Assembly (NCBI GenBank): GCA_963711835.1 | Contig: CAVQFQ010000005.1 | Location: forward strand, 160,001-224,000 | Direction of reading: 5' to 3' | DNA from: an uncultured delta proteobacterium | Lineage (GTDB): Bacteria > Desulfobacterota > RBG-13-43-22 | DNA length: 64,000 nucleotides | In this document: positions 11,232 through 20,236 of the stretch, one piece after another | How positions within the stretch are numbered: position 1 is the stretch's first letter | Layout of the letters: every line of letters begins with the position of its first letter | Translations under genes and position numbers: made by a program | Notes under the pieces: model-generated | Told to the model about the DNA's origin: nothing | What the model saw: the letters and a program-made list of their open reading frames with translations, nothing else | The model's database searches: none

Positions 11232-12494
11232 ATGGAACTACGGGTTGAAATCATAGGCATCGGCAACGAATTGATCACCGGGCGGATCTTCGACCGGAAT
11301 GCCGGTTATGCTGCCGGGCGGCTGCATTCCAATGGATTTAAAGTAACCCGCATCCTATTTGTCGGCGATTACCCCCAAGCCATACGAACCGCCTTAAAGG
11401 AGGCCCAAAAGCGCGCCGATGCGGTTTTAGTAACCGGAGGACTGGGGGGGACCCTGGATGACATTACGGTTGAAGTGGTCAGTCGCGTTTTCAACCGTCC
11501 TCTGGTCCTTCATCCGGACCTTGAAAGTCAACTAAAACGCTATCTCAAAAAGAGCTCTATTCCCTGGGATCCCCTCTTCGAAAAAATGGCCTGGTTGCCG
11601 GAAGGCGTGGAATTGTTCCATCCCCGGCCGAAGGCCTGCGGTTTCTTCCTGGAAGAAAAAGGGAAACCTTTCTTTTTTCTCCCCGGGGTCCCGGCGGAAA
11701 TGCGCCGCCTCTTAGACCGTTGCATCATCCCTTATTTGCTGCACCGGCACCCCGGGCAAGGGGTCCTGAAGCAACGGATTTATAAGATCTTCGGCTTGTT
11801 GGAACCTGAAATCGACCATCGGCTGAAAGACCTTGAAAGCGGGGATAAAACCGTTCAGTTGGGATTCTATCCCAATTTTCCTGAAAATCACTTAACGGTA
11901 TTGGTCCGGGCGGAAAAAGCCCTTTCGGCGGAACGGAAGCTGGATAAACTGGAAAGGGTAATTGAAAAACGTCTTGGCCCCTATATCATCTCAAAAAACG
12001 ATCAAACCCTGGAACAGGTGGTCGGGGAATTGCTGCTGCAAAAAAAATGGACCCTCTCCATCGCCGAATCCTGCACCGGAGGGTTGATCGGCCATCGCCT
12101 GACCAGTTGCCCGGGCAGCTCGGCCTATTTTGATCGGGGGATGATTACTTACAGTAATCGGGCTAAAACGGAAATGTTGGGCGTACCCAAAAAGGTCCTG
12201 GTACGGTCCGGGGCCGTGAGCCGGGAAACGGCCCTTTTAATGGCCCGGGGCATTCGCGAAATCAGCAAGTCCAATCTGGGTCTGGCCGTCACTGGAATCG
12301 CGGGGCCGGGAGGGGGATCTCCCGAAAAACCGGTCGGAACGGTCTGGATCGCCCTCTCGTCTCCCAAGGGAGAAAAGGCCGTCCACTATCTCTTTGGCGG
12401 ACGCCGGGAGCAGGTCAAGATCCTTAGCGCCTATACGGCCTTGAACTGGGTCCGGAGGGTATTGATAGATGATTCGTGCCTTTTTAGCCCTTGA
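11232..12494 (+). CDS. cinA: competence/damage-inducible protein CinA (NMN deamidase fusion)
   Basis: GNEL, TGGLG..DDIT, PGVPAEM; AESCTGG, TGIAGPGGG. Confidence 0.93.
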   Translation: MELRVEIIGIGNELITGRIFDRNAGYAAGRLHSNGFKVTRILFVGDYPQAIRTALKEAQKRADAVLVTGGLGGTLDDITVEVVSRVFNRPLVLHPDLESQLKRYLKKSSIPWDPLFEKMAWLPEGVELFHPRPKACGFFLEEKGKPFFFLPGVPAEMRRLLDRCIIPYLLHRHPGQGVLKQRIYKIFGLLEPEIDHRLKDLESGDKTVQLGFYPNFPENHLTVLVRAEKALSAERKLDKLERVIEKRLGPYIISKNDQTLEQVVGELLLQKKWTLSIAESCTGGLIGHRLTSCPGSSAYFDRGMITYSNRAKTEMLGVPKKVLVRSGAVSRETALLMARGIREISKSNLGLAVTGIAGPGGGSPEKPVGTVWIALSSPKGEKAVHYLFGGRREQVKILSAYTALNWVRRVLIDDSCLFSP

Positions 12495-13035
12495 ATTTCC
12501 GGCTTCCATCAGGGAGAAGATAACCGGGTATATTAAAAGTCTTCAGAACGTTTCTCCCAAAACCAGATGGGTTAACCCCCGGCAGGTCCACTTGACTTTA
12601 AAATTTTTCGGCTCCCTGGAACAGGAGACCCTGGATCGGATCGCAACCGCTCTTGCTTCTCTCTTGACCAGCTTCGCCCCGTTCAGCCTCACCTTAAACG
12701 GTGCCGGAGGGTTTCCCAAGCTATTCCGCCCCAGGGTAATCTGGGTGGACTTAGGGGGTGAAAAGGAGTACCTGAAGGGACTGCAGCAGGCGCTGGAAGA
12801 AACCCTCTCCCCCTTGGGAATAGCGAGGGAAGACCGGCCCTTTCAGCCTCATTTGACCTTGGGCAGGAATAAAATCCCTGAGGTAAACGAGCCCTTGTAT
12901 CACCTTCTGAGAAATTGGGTCGAGCCCGAATCGGAGCCCTTCCGGGTCGACGAAGTTATTTTATTCCAAAGTGATTTGAAGCCCGGGGGACCCGTTTATA
13001 CCAAATTGAAAGTCTTCCCTTTGGGAGAAAAATAA
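12469..13035 (+). CDS. thpR: RNA 2',3'-cyclic phosphodiesterase (2H family)
   Basis: Two HxT motifs (HLTLKFFG, PHLTLGR). Confidence 0.93.
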   Translation: MIRAFLALEFPASIREKITGYIKSLQNVSPKTRWVNPRQVHLTLKFFGSLEQETLDRIATALASLLTSFAPFSLTLNGAGGFPKLFRPRVIWVDLGGEKEYLKGLQQALEETLSPLGIAREDRPFQPHLTLGRNKIPEVNEPLYHLLRNWVEPESEPFRVDEVILFQSDLKPGGPVYTKLKVFPLGEK

Positions 13036-13084
13036 AAGAAATAAGGACTAACCTTTTTAAAAAAAATTAAATTCAGGGGGAACT

Positions 13085-14095
13085 ATGAAACAAGACGGTG
13101 ATAAAAACAAGGCGGTTGAAATGGCTATGACCCAAATTGAAAAACAGTTCGGCAAGGGATCGATCATGCGCCTTGGGTCCGAAGCCTTAAACGTTGATAT
13201 CCCGGTCATTCCCACAGGCGCCTTATCGCTGGACATTGCCACCGGCATCGGAGGGATACCCCGGGGGCGAGTCATCGAAATCTTCGGACCCGAATCCTCG
13301 GGAAAAACCACCCTGGCCCTGCATACCATTGCCGAGGCCCAAAAACGGGGCGGGATGGCCGCTTTTATTGATGCCGAACATGCCCTGGATGTGAATTATG
13401 CCAGCAAGCTGGGAGTAAACTGCGATGACCTACTGGTATCCCAGCCCGATAACGGCGAACAGGCCCTTGAAATCGCCGAAATTTTGGTCCGCAGCGGTGC
13501 CATGGATATTGTCGTTGTGGATTCTGTGGCCGCCCTGGTCCCCCGGGCTGAGATCGAGGGCGAGATGGGTGACGCTCATATGGGTCTGCAGGCCCGGCTC
13601 ATGTCCCAGGCCTTGCGGAAGTTGACCGGTACGATCAGTAAGACCCATACCTCTCTGATCTTTATCAACCAGATCCGTCATAAAATCGGAGTCATGTTCG
13701 GAAACCCTGAGACCACTACCGGAGGCAATGCCTTAAAATTTTACGCCTCCCTCCGGCTGGATATACGCAAAATCGGGGCCCTCAAAGACGGCCAGGAAAT
13801 CATCGGCAACCGGACCCGAGTCAAGGTAGTCAAGAATAAGATTGCCCCCCCTTTCAAGGAAGCGGAATTCGATATCCTCTTCGGAGAAGGGATTTCGGTG
13901 GAGGGGGATGTTTTGGACTTGGGGGTGGCCCATGATATCGTCGAAAAAAGCGGGACCTGGTATTCCTATAAAGGAAACCGGATCGGTCAGGGCCGGGAAA
14001 ATGCCAGGATTTATCTCCGGGAACACCCCGAGATGCTGCAGGAAGTGGAAACCCAAATCAAAGAGGCCTACGGTCTGATCAGGGAAAAACCGTAA
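13085..14095 (+). CDS. recA: recombinase RecA
   Basis: [30 protein letters not shown]. Confidence 0.99.
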   Translation: MKQDGDKNKAVEMAMTQIEKQFGKGSIMRLGSEALNVDIPVIPTGALSLDIATGIGGIPRGRVIEIFGPESSGKTTLALHTIAEAQKRGGMAAFIDAEHALDVNYASKLGVNCDDLLVSQPDNGEQALEIAEILVRSGAMDIVVVDSVAALVPRAEIEGEMGDAHMGLQARLMSQALRKLTGTISKTHTSLIFINQIRHKIGVMFGNPETTTGGNALKFYASLRLDIRKIGALKDGQEIIGNRTRVKVVKNKIAPPFKEAEFDILFGEGISVEGDVLDLGVAHDIVEKSGTWYSYKGNRIGQGRENARIYLREHPEMLQEVETQIKEAYGLIREKP

Positions 14096-14152
14096 CCTAC
14101 TAAGCGTTCGGCGTTCGGCTCTTAGCGAATACCCAAAAAAATTCGAGCAAAA

Positions 14153-14252
14153 GAGTTTGTCCCAAGGTTACGTGATTTTTAAGCACTTCATTCGTCGAGT
14201 GCTTCAGGGGTCTTCATTTCAAGGATTGTCCGCCAAAACGCCGGTAGCCTGA
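14153..14252. mobile_element. truncated copy of MITE family A (A3)
   Basis: gagtttgtcccaaggttacgtgatttttaa...cttcaggggtcttcatttcaaggattgtccgccaaaacgccggtagcctga matches element 18350-18681. Confidence 0.85.
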
Positions 14253-14276
14253 GCGCTTTTATAGAAAGGATTTAAT

Positions 14277-16925
14277 TTGAAGACCGGGAAAGAGATTCGC
14301 CAGGAATTCCTGGACTATTTCAAACAACAGGGCCATGACATCGTTCGGAGCGCCTCCCTGATCCCCAGGGATGACCCGAGCCTGCTCTTTACCAATGCCG
14401 GTATGGTGCCCTTTAAACGGGTCTTTTTAGGGGAAGAACACCGGGATTATGTGCGAGCCGCTTCCAGCCAAAAATGTGTCCGGGCCGGGGGGAAACACAA
14501 CGATCTGGAAAATGTGGGCCGGACCGCCCGCCATCACACTTTTTTTGAAATGCTGGGTAATTTCTCCTTCGGCGATTATTTTAAGACCGAGGCCATTCGC
14601 CTGGCCTGGAATCTCTTAACCCAGGTTTATGGACTGCCCCCCCAACCCCTATACGCCTCGGTCTACAGGGAAGACGAGGAGGCCTATCGGATCTGGCACG
14701 ACGAGATAGGCCTGCCCCAAGAACGCATTGTACGTCTGGGGGAAAAGGATAATTTCTGGTCCATGGGCGATACCGGGCCCTGCGGCCCCTGTTCGGAGAT
14801 CCTGGTCGATCTGGGACCCGAAGCAGGCTGCCGACGGCCGGAATGCGCTCCGGGTTGTGATTGCGACCGTTACCTGGAAATATGGAACCTGGTCTTTATG
14901 CAATATAACCGGGATCAGGAGGGCCGGCTGACCCCCCTGCCCAAACCCAGTATCGACACCGGGATGGGCTTGGAACGGATCACAGCTGTGCTTCAGGGAG
15001 TGGCCAATAATTTTCAGACCGATCTCTTCCGGGAAATTATCCGGCGGATCGAAAAAATTTCCGGCGTCTCGATAGGCCAACAGGATTCCACCGATGTATC
15101 CATCAAAGTCATCGCCGACCATAGCCGGGCCTTGGCCTTCCTGCTGGCCGATGGCGCCATACCCTCCAATGAAGGCCGGGGCTACGTGGTGCGTCGTATT
15201 TTGCGGCGGGCCTCCCGGCACGGCAAGGTCCTGGGTATTGAAAACCCTTTTCTCTTCGGCCTCTGTGAGGTCGTGGCGGAGACCATGTCCGATGCCTATC
15301 CGGAAGTCAGGGAACAGATCCCCTTTACCGCCCAAATCGTCCGCAGGGAAGAAGAACGTTTTCTGGAAACCCTGGACCATGGCCTGAAGCTCCTGTCCGA
15401 GGAAATAGACCGCCTGCATCAAAGCGACGGCCGGGTTTTACCGGGGGCCCTGATCTTCAAGTTATACGATACCTATGGATTTCCCTTGGATATTATTCAG
15501 GATGTCGTCCGGGAGCATAACCTGGAGCTCGATCAGGAAGGCTTCCAGGCTCATATGAAAAAGCAGCGGGAGATGTCCCGCCAGGCCTGGAAGGGAAGCG
15601 GGGAGCGGGAAATTAAAGAGGTCTACAAGACCCTGATGGGCAAAAGGCTGACCAATACCTTTGTCGGGTATGAAACTCTGGAAAAGGAATCCGAGATCCT
15701 GGCCCTGATTCAGGAAGGACAGGAAATGACCCGGATCGAACACCCCGGGGAGGTGGAGGTCGTGGTGGCGGAAACCCCCTTCTATGCCGAATCGGGCGGA
15801 CAGATCGGGGATCAGGGATCCTTGACGGCCGAACAAGGCCTGCTTTCCATTGAAGAAACCTATGCCCTTCCCAGCGGGCTGATCCTGCATCGGGGCCGGA
15901 TGCAGGCCGGATCCCTGGCTGTTGGGGATAAAGTAATCTTATCGGTTTCCAAGGATTGGCGGGCCCCGACGGCTCTTAACCATACCGCCACCCACCTGCT
16001 GCATGGGTCTTTGCGCCTTATTTTTGGAGAACAGGTCAAGCAGGCCGGCTCTCTGGTCACCCCTCAGCGCCTGCGCTTTGATTTTACCCATTTTTCGGCT
16101 TTGACCTTTGAGGAACTCCAGGGTGTGGAGGAAATGGTCACTACCCAGATCCTTCAAAACTGGCCGATCGAGACCCGGATTCTGGATTATGAATCAGCCC
16201 GGGCCACCGGGGCCATCGCCCTTTTTGAAGAACGCTACGGAGACCGGGTTCGCCTGGTCCGGATGGGAGATTTTAGTCAGGAATTATGCGGCGGAACGCA
16301 TACCCGGCGGACCGGGGACATCGGACCCTTTAAGATTATTTCCGAGGCCAGTGTGGCCGCCGGGGTCCGGCGAATCGAAGCCGTTACCGGGAAAGAGGCC
16401 CTGAAATTCATCCACCAGGAGGAAGCCCGGCTCCAGGCCCTGGGAGAACTCTTAAAAGTCCAACCTGATGAATTGCTTCCCCGTCTGGAAAGGCTCCTGG
16501 CCCACCAAAAAGAACTGGAAAAGACCGTTGCCCGCTTAAATAAATCCCTCCTGGGCGGCGGTGGGCTGGAAACCTTCTTATCCCAGGCCAGACTGGTAAA
16601 GGGAGTAAAGGTCCTCTCCATCCCCGTGCCGGTTGAAGAGGCCAAAGAGCTTCGAGACTTGGCCGATTCCCTGCGTGACCGTTTAGGATCAGGGATTATC
16701 ATCCTGGGGGGAGTTAAAGGGGATAAGGTCCTCCTGGTTACCGTGGTATCCAAGGACCTGATATCCAAATTTCAGGCCGGAAAGATTATCAAGACCATTG
16801 CCAGGGCCCTGGGCGGGGACGGGGGCGGCCGGCCCGATATGGCCCAAGCCGGGGGCACGCGACCGGATTTGCTCGAGACTACTCTGGCCCGGGTCTATGA
16901 CTGGATAAACCTCGAAGTTGCATAA
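14277..16925 (+). CDS. alaS: alanine--tRNA ligase
   Basis: FTNAGM, HHTFFEMLGNFSFGDYFK, HTATHLLH, ELCGGTH, GGGRPDMAQAGG. The last codons come from element C1. Confidence 0.99.
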   Translation: MKTGKEIRQEFLDYFKQQGHDIVRSASLIPRDDPSLLFTNAGMVPFKRVFLGEEHRDYVRAASSQKCVRAGGKHNDLENVGRTARHHTFFEMLGNFSFGDYFKTEAIRLAWNLLTQVYGLPPQPLYASVYREDEEAYRIWHDEIGLPQERIVRLGEKDNFWSMGDTGPCGPCSEILVDLGPEAGCRRPECAPGCDCDRYLEIWNLVFMQYNRDQEGRLTPLPKPSIDTGMGLERITAVLQGVANNFQTDLFREIIRRIEKISGVSIGQQDSTDVSIKVIADHSRALAFLLADGAIPSNEGRGYVVRRILRRASRHGKVLGIENPFLFGLCEVVAETMSDAYPEVREQIPFTAQIVRREEERFLETLDHGLKLLSEEIDRLHQSDGRVLPGALIFKLYDTYGFPLDIIQDVVREHNLELDQEGFQAHMKKQREMSRQAWKGSGEREIKEVYKTLMGKRLTNTFVGYETLEKESEILALIQEGQEMTRIEHPGEVEVVVAETPFYAESGGQIGDQGSLTAEQGLLSIEETYALPSGLILHRGRMQAGSLAVGDKVILSVSKDWRAPTALNHTATHLLHGSLRLIFGEQVKQAGSLVTPQRLRFDFTHFSALTFEELQGVEEMVTTQILQNWPIETRILDYESARATGAIALFEERYGDRVRLVRMGDFSQELCGGTHTRRTGDIGPFKIISEASVAAGVRRIEAVTGKEALKFIHQEEARLQALGELLKVQPDELLPRLERLLAHQKELEKTVARLNKSLLGGGGLETFLSQARLVKGVKVLSIPVPVEEAKELRDLADSLRDRLGSGIIILGGVKGDKVLLVTVVSKDLISKFQAGKIIKTIARALGGDGGGRPDMAQAGGTRPDLLETTLARVYDWINLEVA

Positions 16926-17166
16926 AAATTGATCGATAAATGGTCTTTTCTAAATTAAAATGGTGTGTTCTAACGATTTTGGAGTTGAGACCATAATTCA
17001 CTCCAGGTGAGGATTACCATCCTAAAAAGTATCGATCAATTTTTACCCTTTGGGAAAGTCCGGGAAGTCACATCTCCTTTGTTTTCCAGGGCTCGCGGTA
17101 TGCATATACAACTTCGCCCTGGACGCCTCGGATCTGTAACTTCCGAAACTTTTGCAACATCGAGGT
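16909..17166. mobile_element. MITE family C, copy 1
   Basis: TIR acctcgaagttgca / tgcaacatcgaggt; close copy at 48489-48743. Confidence 0.88.
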
Positions 17167-17181
17167 AACCGAGGAAGGTCG

Positions 17182-18261
17182 CTAAGACTTACAGACGCCG
17201 TTTTTCAGATTCTGGTAGATGCGATCCGAGAGATAGCGGATCACGGTGCTCTTTCTCTTCCCCCACCCTTCTCCGGGTTTTTCCTTGTTTTCAATGAAAA
17301 CCGAAAGGACGTAATCGCGGGCACCGGGCTGGTTCTTCTGGTAAACGATCCCGCAATCGGCGTTCAGGCCCCGGACATAACCGGTTTTATCGGCTACGGC
17401 CGCCCCATCCTGTTTGATCTGATAGGTCTCGATCCGGTCATGGACATTTTTCAGCAGGATCTCGTTCATCTTCTGCGAAAAATGGGGACTGACTAATTTT
17501 TGTTCGTAAAGCAGGGAAAAAAATAAGGTGGCGTCGGCCGCCGAGGTTTGGTTAAGGTAGGTCCGGCCGCCGTCGGGAATAAGTTCCTTGACTTTGGTCT
17601 GGTGAAAGCCTAATTTTCGAAGCAAGACGTTGACGGCCACGAATCCTTGCACGGTGTTCCCCTGTCCCAGACGCCGGATGAGCTGGTTGGTGGCCTGGTT
17701 GTCGCTCACGGCGATCATCCGCTCCATTTGGTGCTCCAACTCCGGGGTCTCCTGCAACTCCTGACGGGAAATCTGGTCGTAAACCGTGAGCATGACAAAG
17801 GGCTTTATCAGGCTGGCGGCGTTCCGGGGAACGGTACCATTGATATCCACCAGCATCTTCTTTTCGAAAAGATCATAGATCTGGAGAGAGACCTCATCGC
17901 CGGACTGAAGATGCTTGATGGCGCGCAGATAAAGGATTTCATTCTCCACCAGGTTTTGCAGAGAACCGTTGGCATTCAGGCTGAGGGGTTTAATCGGATA
18001 GCCCGGCGCAGGCCGATTCCGCCGGACCGAGCCAAGGGGCTTGGAAGCGGAGGCTCTCCTTTTCTTTTGTTTGCTGAGGGAGGATTTCCTGAGGGCCTTC
18101 TTTTTTTTTATTTTTTTACTTTTAGTCTTCTTCTCTGAAAGGGTTTGGGATTTGGTTGCAGCCCAAGCTTGGGACGGCACGGCCCCGGAAGCGATTGAAG
18201 CCGCCAGGAATAGCAGGACGGTTAAAAGAGAGAAAAGCGATTTTTTCTTGAACAGGGCCAT
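17182..18261 (-). CDS. secreted serine hydrolase, class A beta-lactamase-like (Beta-lactamase2 fold)
   Basis: Signal peptide, Lys-rich linker, SxxK (ASLIK), SDN and KTG motifs. Confidence 0.85.
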   Translation of the reverse strand: MALFKKKSLFSLLTVLLFLAASIASGAVPSQAWAATKSQTLSEKKTKSKKIKKKKALRKSSLSKQKKRRASASKPLGSVRRNRPAPGYPIKPLSLNANGSLQNLVENEILYLRAIKHLQSGDEVSLQIYDLFEKKMLVDINGTVPRNAASLIKPFVMLTVYDQISRQELQETPELEHQMERMIAVSDNQATNQLIRRLGQGNTVQGFVAVNVLLRKLGFHQTKVKELIPDGGRTYLNQTSAADATLFFSLLYEQKLVSPHFSQKMNEILLKNVHDRIETYQIKQDGAAVADKTGYVRGLNADCGIVYQKNQPGARDYVLSVFIENKEKPGEGWGKRKSTVIRYLSDRIYQNLKNGVCKS

Positions 18262-18349
18262 GTAGACCCATTATAGAAACTTTTTTTTTCTGTCAAGAAT
18301 TATTAAATCGGTTTCCTCCAAGGGCATTAAATAATTTGACTTTTTTTTA

Positions 18350-18681
18350 GGGATAGTCCCAAAGTTACATGATTCTCAAACCGAAGGGGTAGCCTCTTAA
18401 AATATTAAATCACCCCAAAGGGCTTCAGGGGTCTTGATTTCAAGGATTGTCCGCCAAAACGCCAGTAGCCTGAACCCGGGCAGGAAGTTTATAATGGGGT
18501 TTAGAAACAGGCCAACACCAAAGTCCCGCCTCGGCGGGATGAATGCCCGGCTCCCAACCAACTTAGAAATTCGGGCCGGGTTGGGGCTACGGATTACCCT
18601 TTCGGACAACCTTGAAATCAAGACCCCTGAAGCCCTCGACAAATGGTTAGGTTAAAAATCACGTAACGTTGGGACAAACTC
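18350..18681. mobile_element. MITE family A, copy 1 (nested inverted repeats)
   Basis: Outer TIR gggatagtcccaaagttacatgatt / aatcacgtaacgttgggacaaactc; 8-bp TSD TTTTTTTA (18342-49, 18682-89); inner IR-bounded unit 18420-18635. Confidence 0.9.
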
Positions 18682-18697
18682 TTTTTTTACGAGGATC

Positions 18698-19843
18698 ATG
18701 AACAGCGGATTTAAGACATTACCCGGCTCCTGGATTGAAATCAACCTTTCGGCCCTCCGGGAAAATTTCCGGACCATCAGAAACTTGACCCGGCCGGAGG
18801 CCGGGATTTTGGCGGTCGTTAAGGCCGATGCCTATGGTCATGGCTTGATCCCCGTGGCCCGGGAATTGATCCGGATGAAGGTCGGCGCCTTGGGCGTGGG
18901 CACGGTTGAAGAAGGCATATTAATCAGGACCCGGATCAAGGAGGCCGTGCCCATCGTGGTCCTGCTGGGTGCTCAAGCGGAGGAAAGCCCGGCCTGCTTT
19001 CATTACCGTCTGACCCCTATCGTCTATTCCTACCCGGTGGCCGAAAGGCTGCATCAGGAAGGCTTGCGAAGGAAAAGGCCTCTTCCAATCCATCTCAAGG
19101 TGGATACCGGCATGGGCCGCCTGGGGGTGCCCTGGAAAGAATTCGGAGGCTTCCTCCAGCAGCTCCGCCCTCTGAAAGGTATCCTCGTAAAAGGCCTGAC
19201 TTCTCATTTCGGGCGGGCCGACGAAAAAGGACAACGGGATAACCGACTCCAGTGGAATCGCTTTAAAACGGCCCTTGAGCAGGCCCGCCAACTCGGTTTT
19301 TCTCTGTCTGAAAACCACCTGGCCAACAGCGCCGCCCTCCTGAACGACGAAAAAACCCATCTCGACTACGTTCGCCCGGGGATCCTGCTCTACGGTTCCA
19401 ACCCGCTCGGCCCGCTGGCTCTTAAGAAGGGCTTCGACCTTAAGCCGGTCATGACCTTTAAGAGCCGGATCCTTCAGGTAAAAAAAATACCGGCCGGGGT
19501 GGGCGTCAGTTACGGGGGGACCTACCGGACCGCGCGAGCCGAATGGCTGGCCGTCATCGCCGCCGGCTATGCCAACGGCTACCTCAGGCAGCTCTCCAAC
19601 CGGGCCGAGGTTTTAATCCGGGGGCAACGTTTCCCGGTAACCGGCCGGGTCTGCATGAACCTGACCGTGGTTCGCCTGCCGGCCGGGTTGAACTGTACTC
19701 CCGGAGAGGAGGCGGTCCTTTTAGGGGCGCAAGACCGGGAACGGATCACGGCGGAAGAACTGGCCCGGCAGGCCGGCACCATACCGTATGAAATTTTTTG
19801 CCTCTTGGGGCCCTTGAATCCTCGAACCTATCTTAATCATTGA
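18698..19843 (+). CDS. alr: alanine racemase
   Basis: AVVKADAYGHG PLP motif, HLKVDTGMGRLG, VRPGILLYG, GRVCMN. Confidence 0.97.
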   Translation: MNSGFKTLPGSWIEINLSALRENFRTIRNLTRPEAGILAVVKADAYGHGLIPVARELIRMKVGALGVGTVEEGILIRTRIKEAVPIVVLLGAQAEESPACFHYRLTPIVYSYPVAERLHQEGLRRKRPLPIHLKVDTGMGRLGVPWKEFGGFLQQLRPLKGILVKGLTSHFGRADEKGQRDNRLQWNRFKTALEQARQLGFSLSENHLANSAALLNDEKTHLDYVRPGILLYGSNPLGPLALKKGFDLKPVMTFKSRILQVKKIPAGVGVSYGGTYRTARAEWLAVIAAGYANGYLRQLSNRAEVLIRGQRFPVTGRVCMNLTVVRLPAGLNCTPGEEAVLLGAQDRERITAEELARQAGTIPYEIFCLLGPLNPRTYLNH

Positions 19844-19880
19844 CTTAAAAGGCTAAAGGGCTTAATTTATATAATTCGTT

Positions 19881-20200
19881 GGTATCGTTTAAAAGTTGTG
19901 GCATTATATTTCTGAACCACGATAGAAAGGGACCGGGGGTTTTGATTTCAAGGTTGTCCACCCTAAACTCCTCACCATGAAATCCCGCTTTTAGCGGGAC
20001 TGGAAGAGTGACGATAATGCCTTAAGCAGGCCTTCACCAAAGCTCTTTGTCCGGTTGGGTGAATGCCCGGCTCAAAACCACCCTTAGAAATCAGGGCCGG
20101 ATTGGAGGGAAGGATCCCCCTTTGGACAAGCCTTGGAATCAAGACCCCCGGTCCCCAGTTAGGCAATAATGCCCCAATGCCAAAACTTTTGAACCATACT
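19881..20200. mobile_element. MITE family B, copy 1 (nested inverted repeats)
   Basis: Outer TIR ggtatcgtttaaaagtt / aacttttgaaccatact; perfect 8-bp TSD AATTCGTT; inner unit 19929-20155; 320 bp, same length as copy 2. Confidence 0.9.
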
Positions 20201-20236
20201 AATTCGTTAGATCATGTTGCCGGAAAGAATAGACTC

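Noticed and set aside
17182-18261. Bona fide antibiotic-resistance beta-lactamase
   Set aside because: It has SxxK, SDN and KTG but no clear omega-loop ExxLN motif; a cell-wall serine hydrolase is more likely.
18420-18635. CTTGAAATCAAGAC-containing repeats as CRISPR repeats
   Set aside because: They occur as inverted pairs inside dispersed elements, not as direct repeats with spacers, and no cas genes are present.
18397-18655. Similar short ORFs in the MITE copies (also 43660-43902 and 19972-20166)
   Set aside because: The similarity comes from the DNA repeat; frames are not conserved across copies and there is no RBS.
20063-20236. N-terminal extension of ArgS
   Set aside because: The extension lies inside MITE B1; conserved ArgS sequence starts near GTG 20237.
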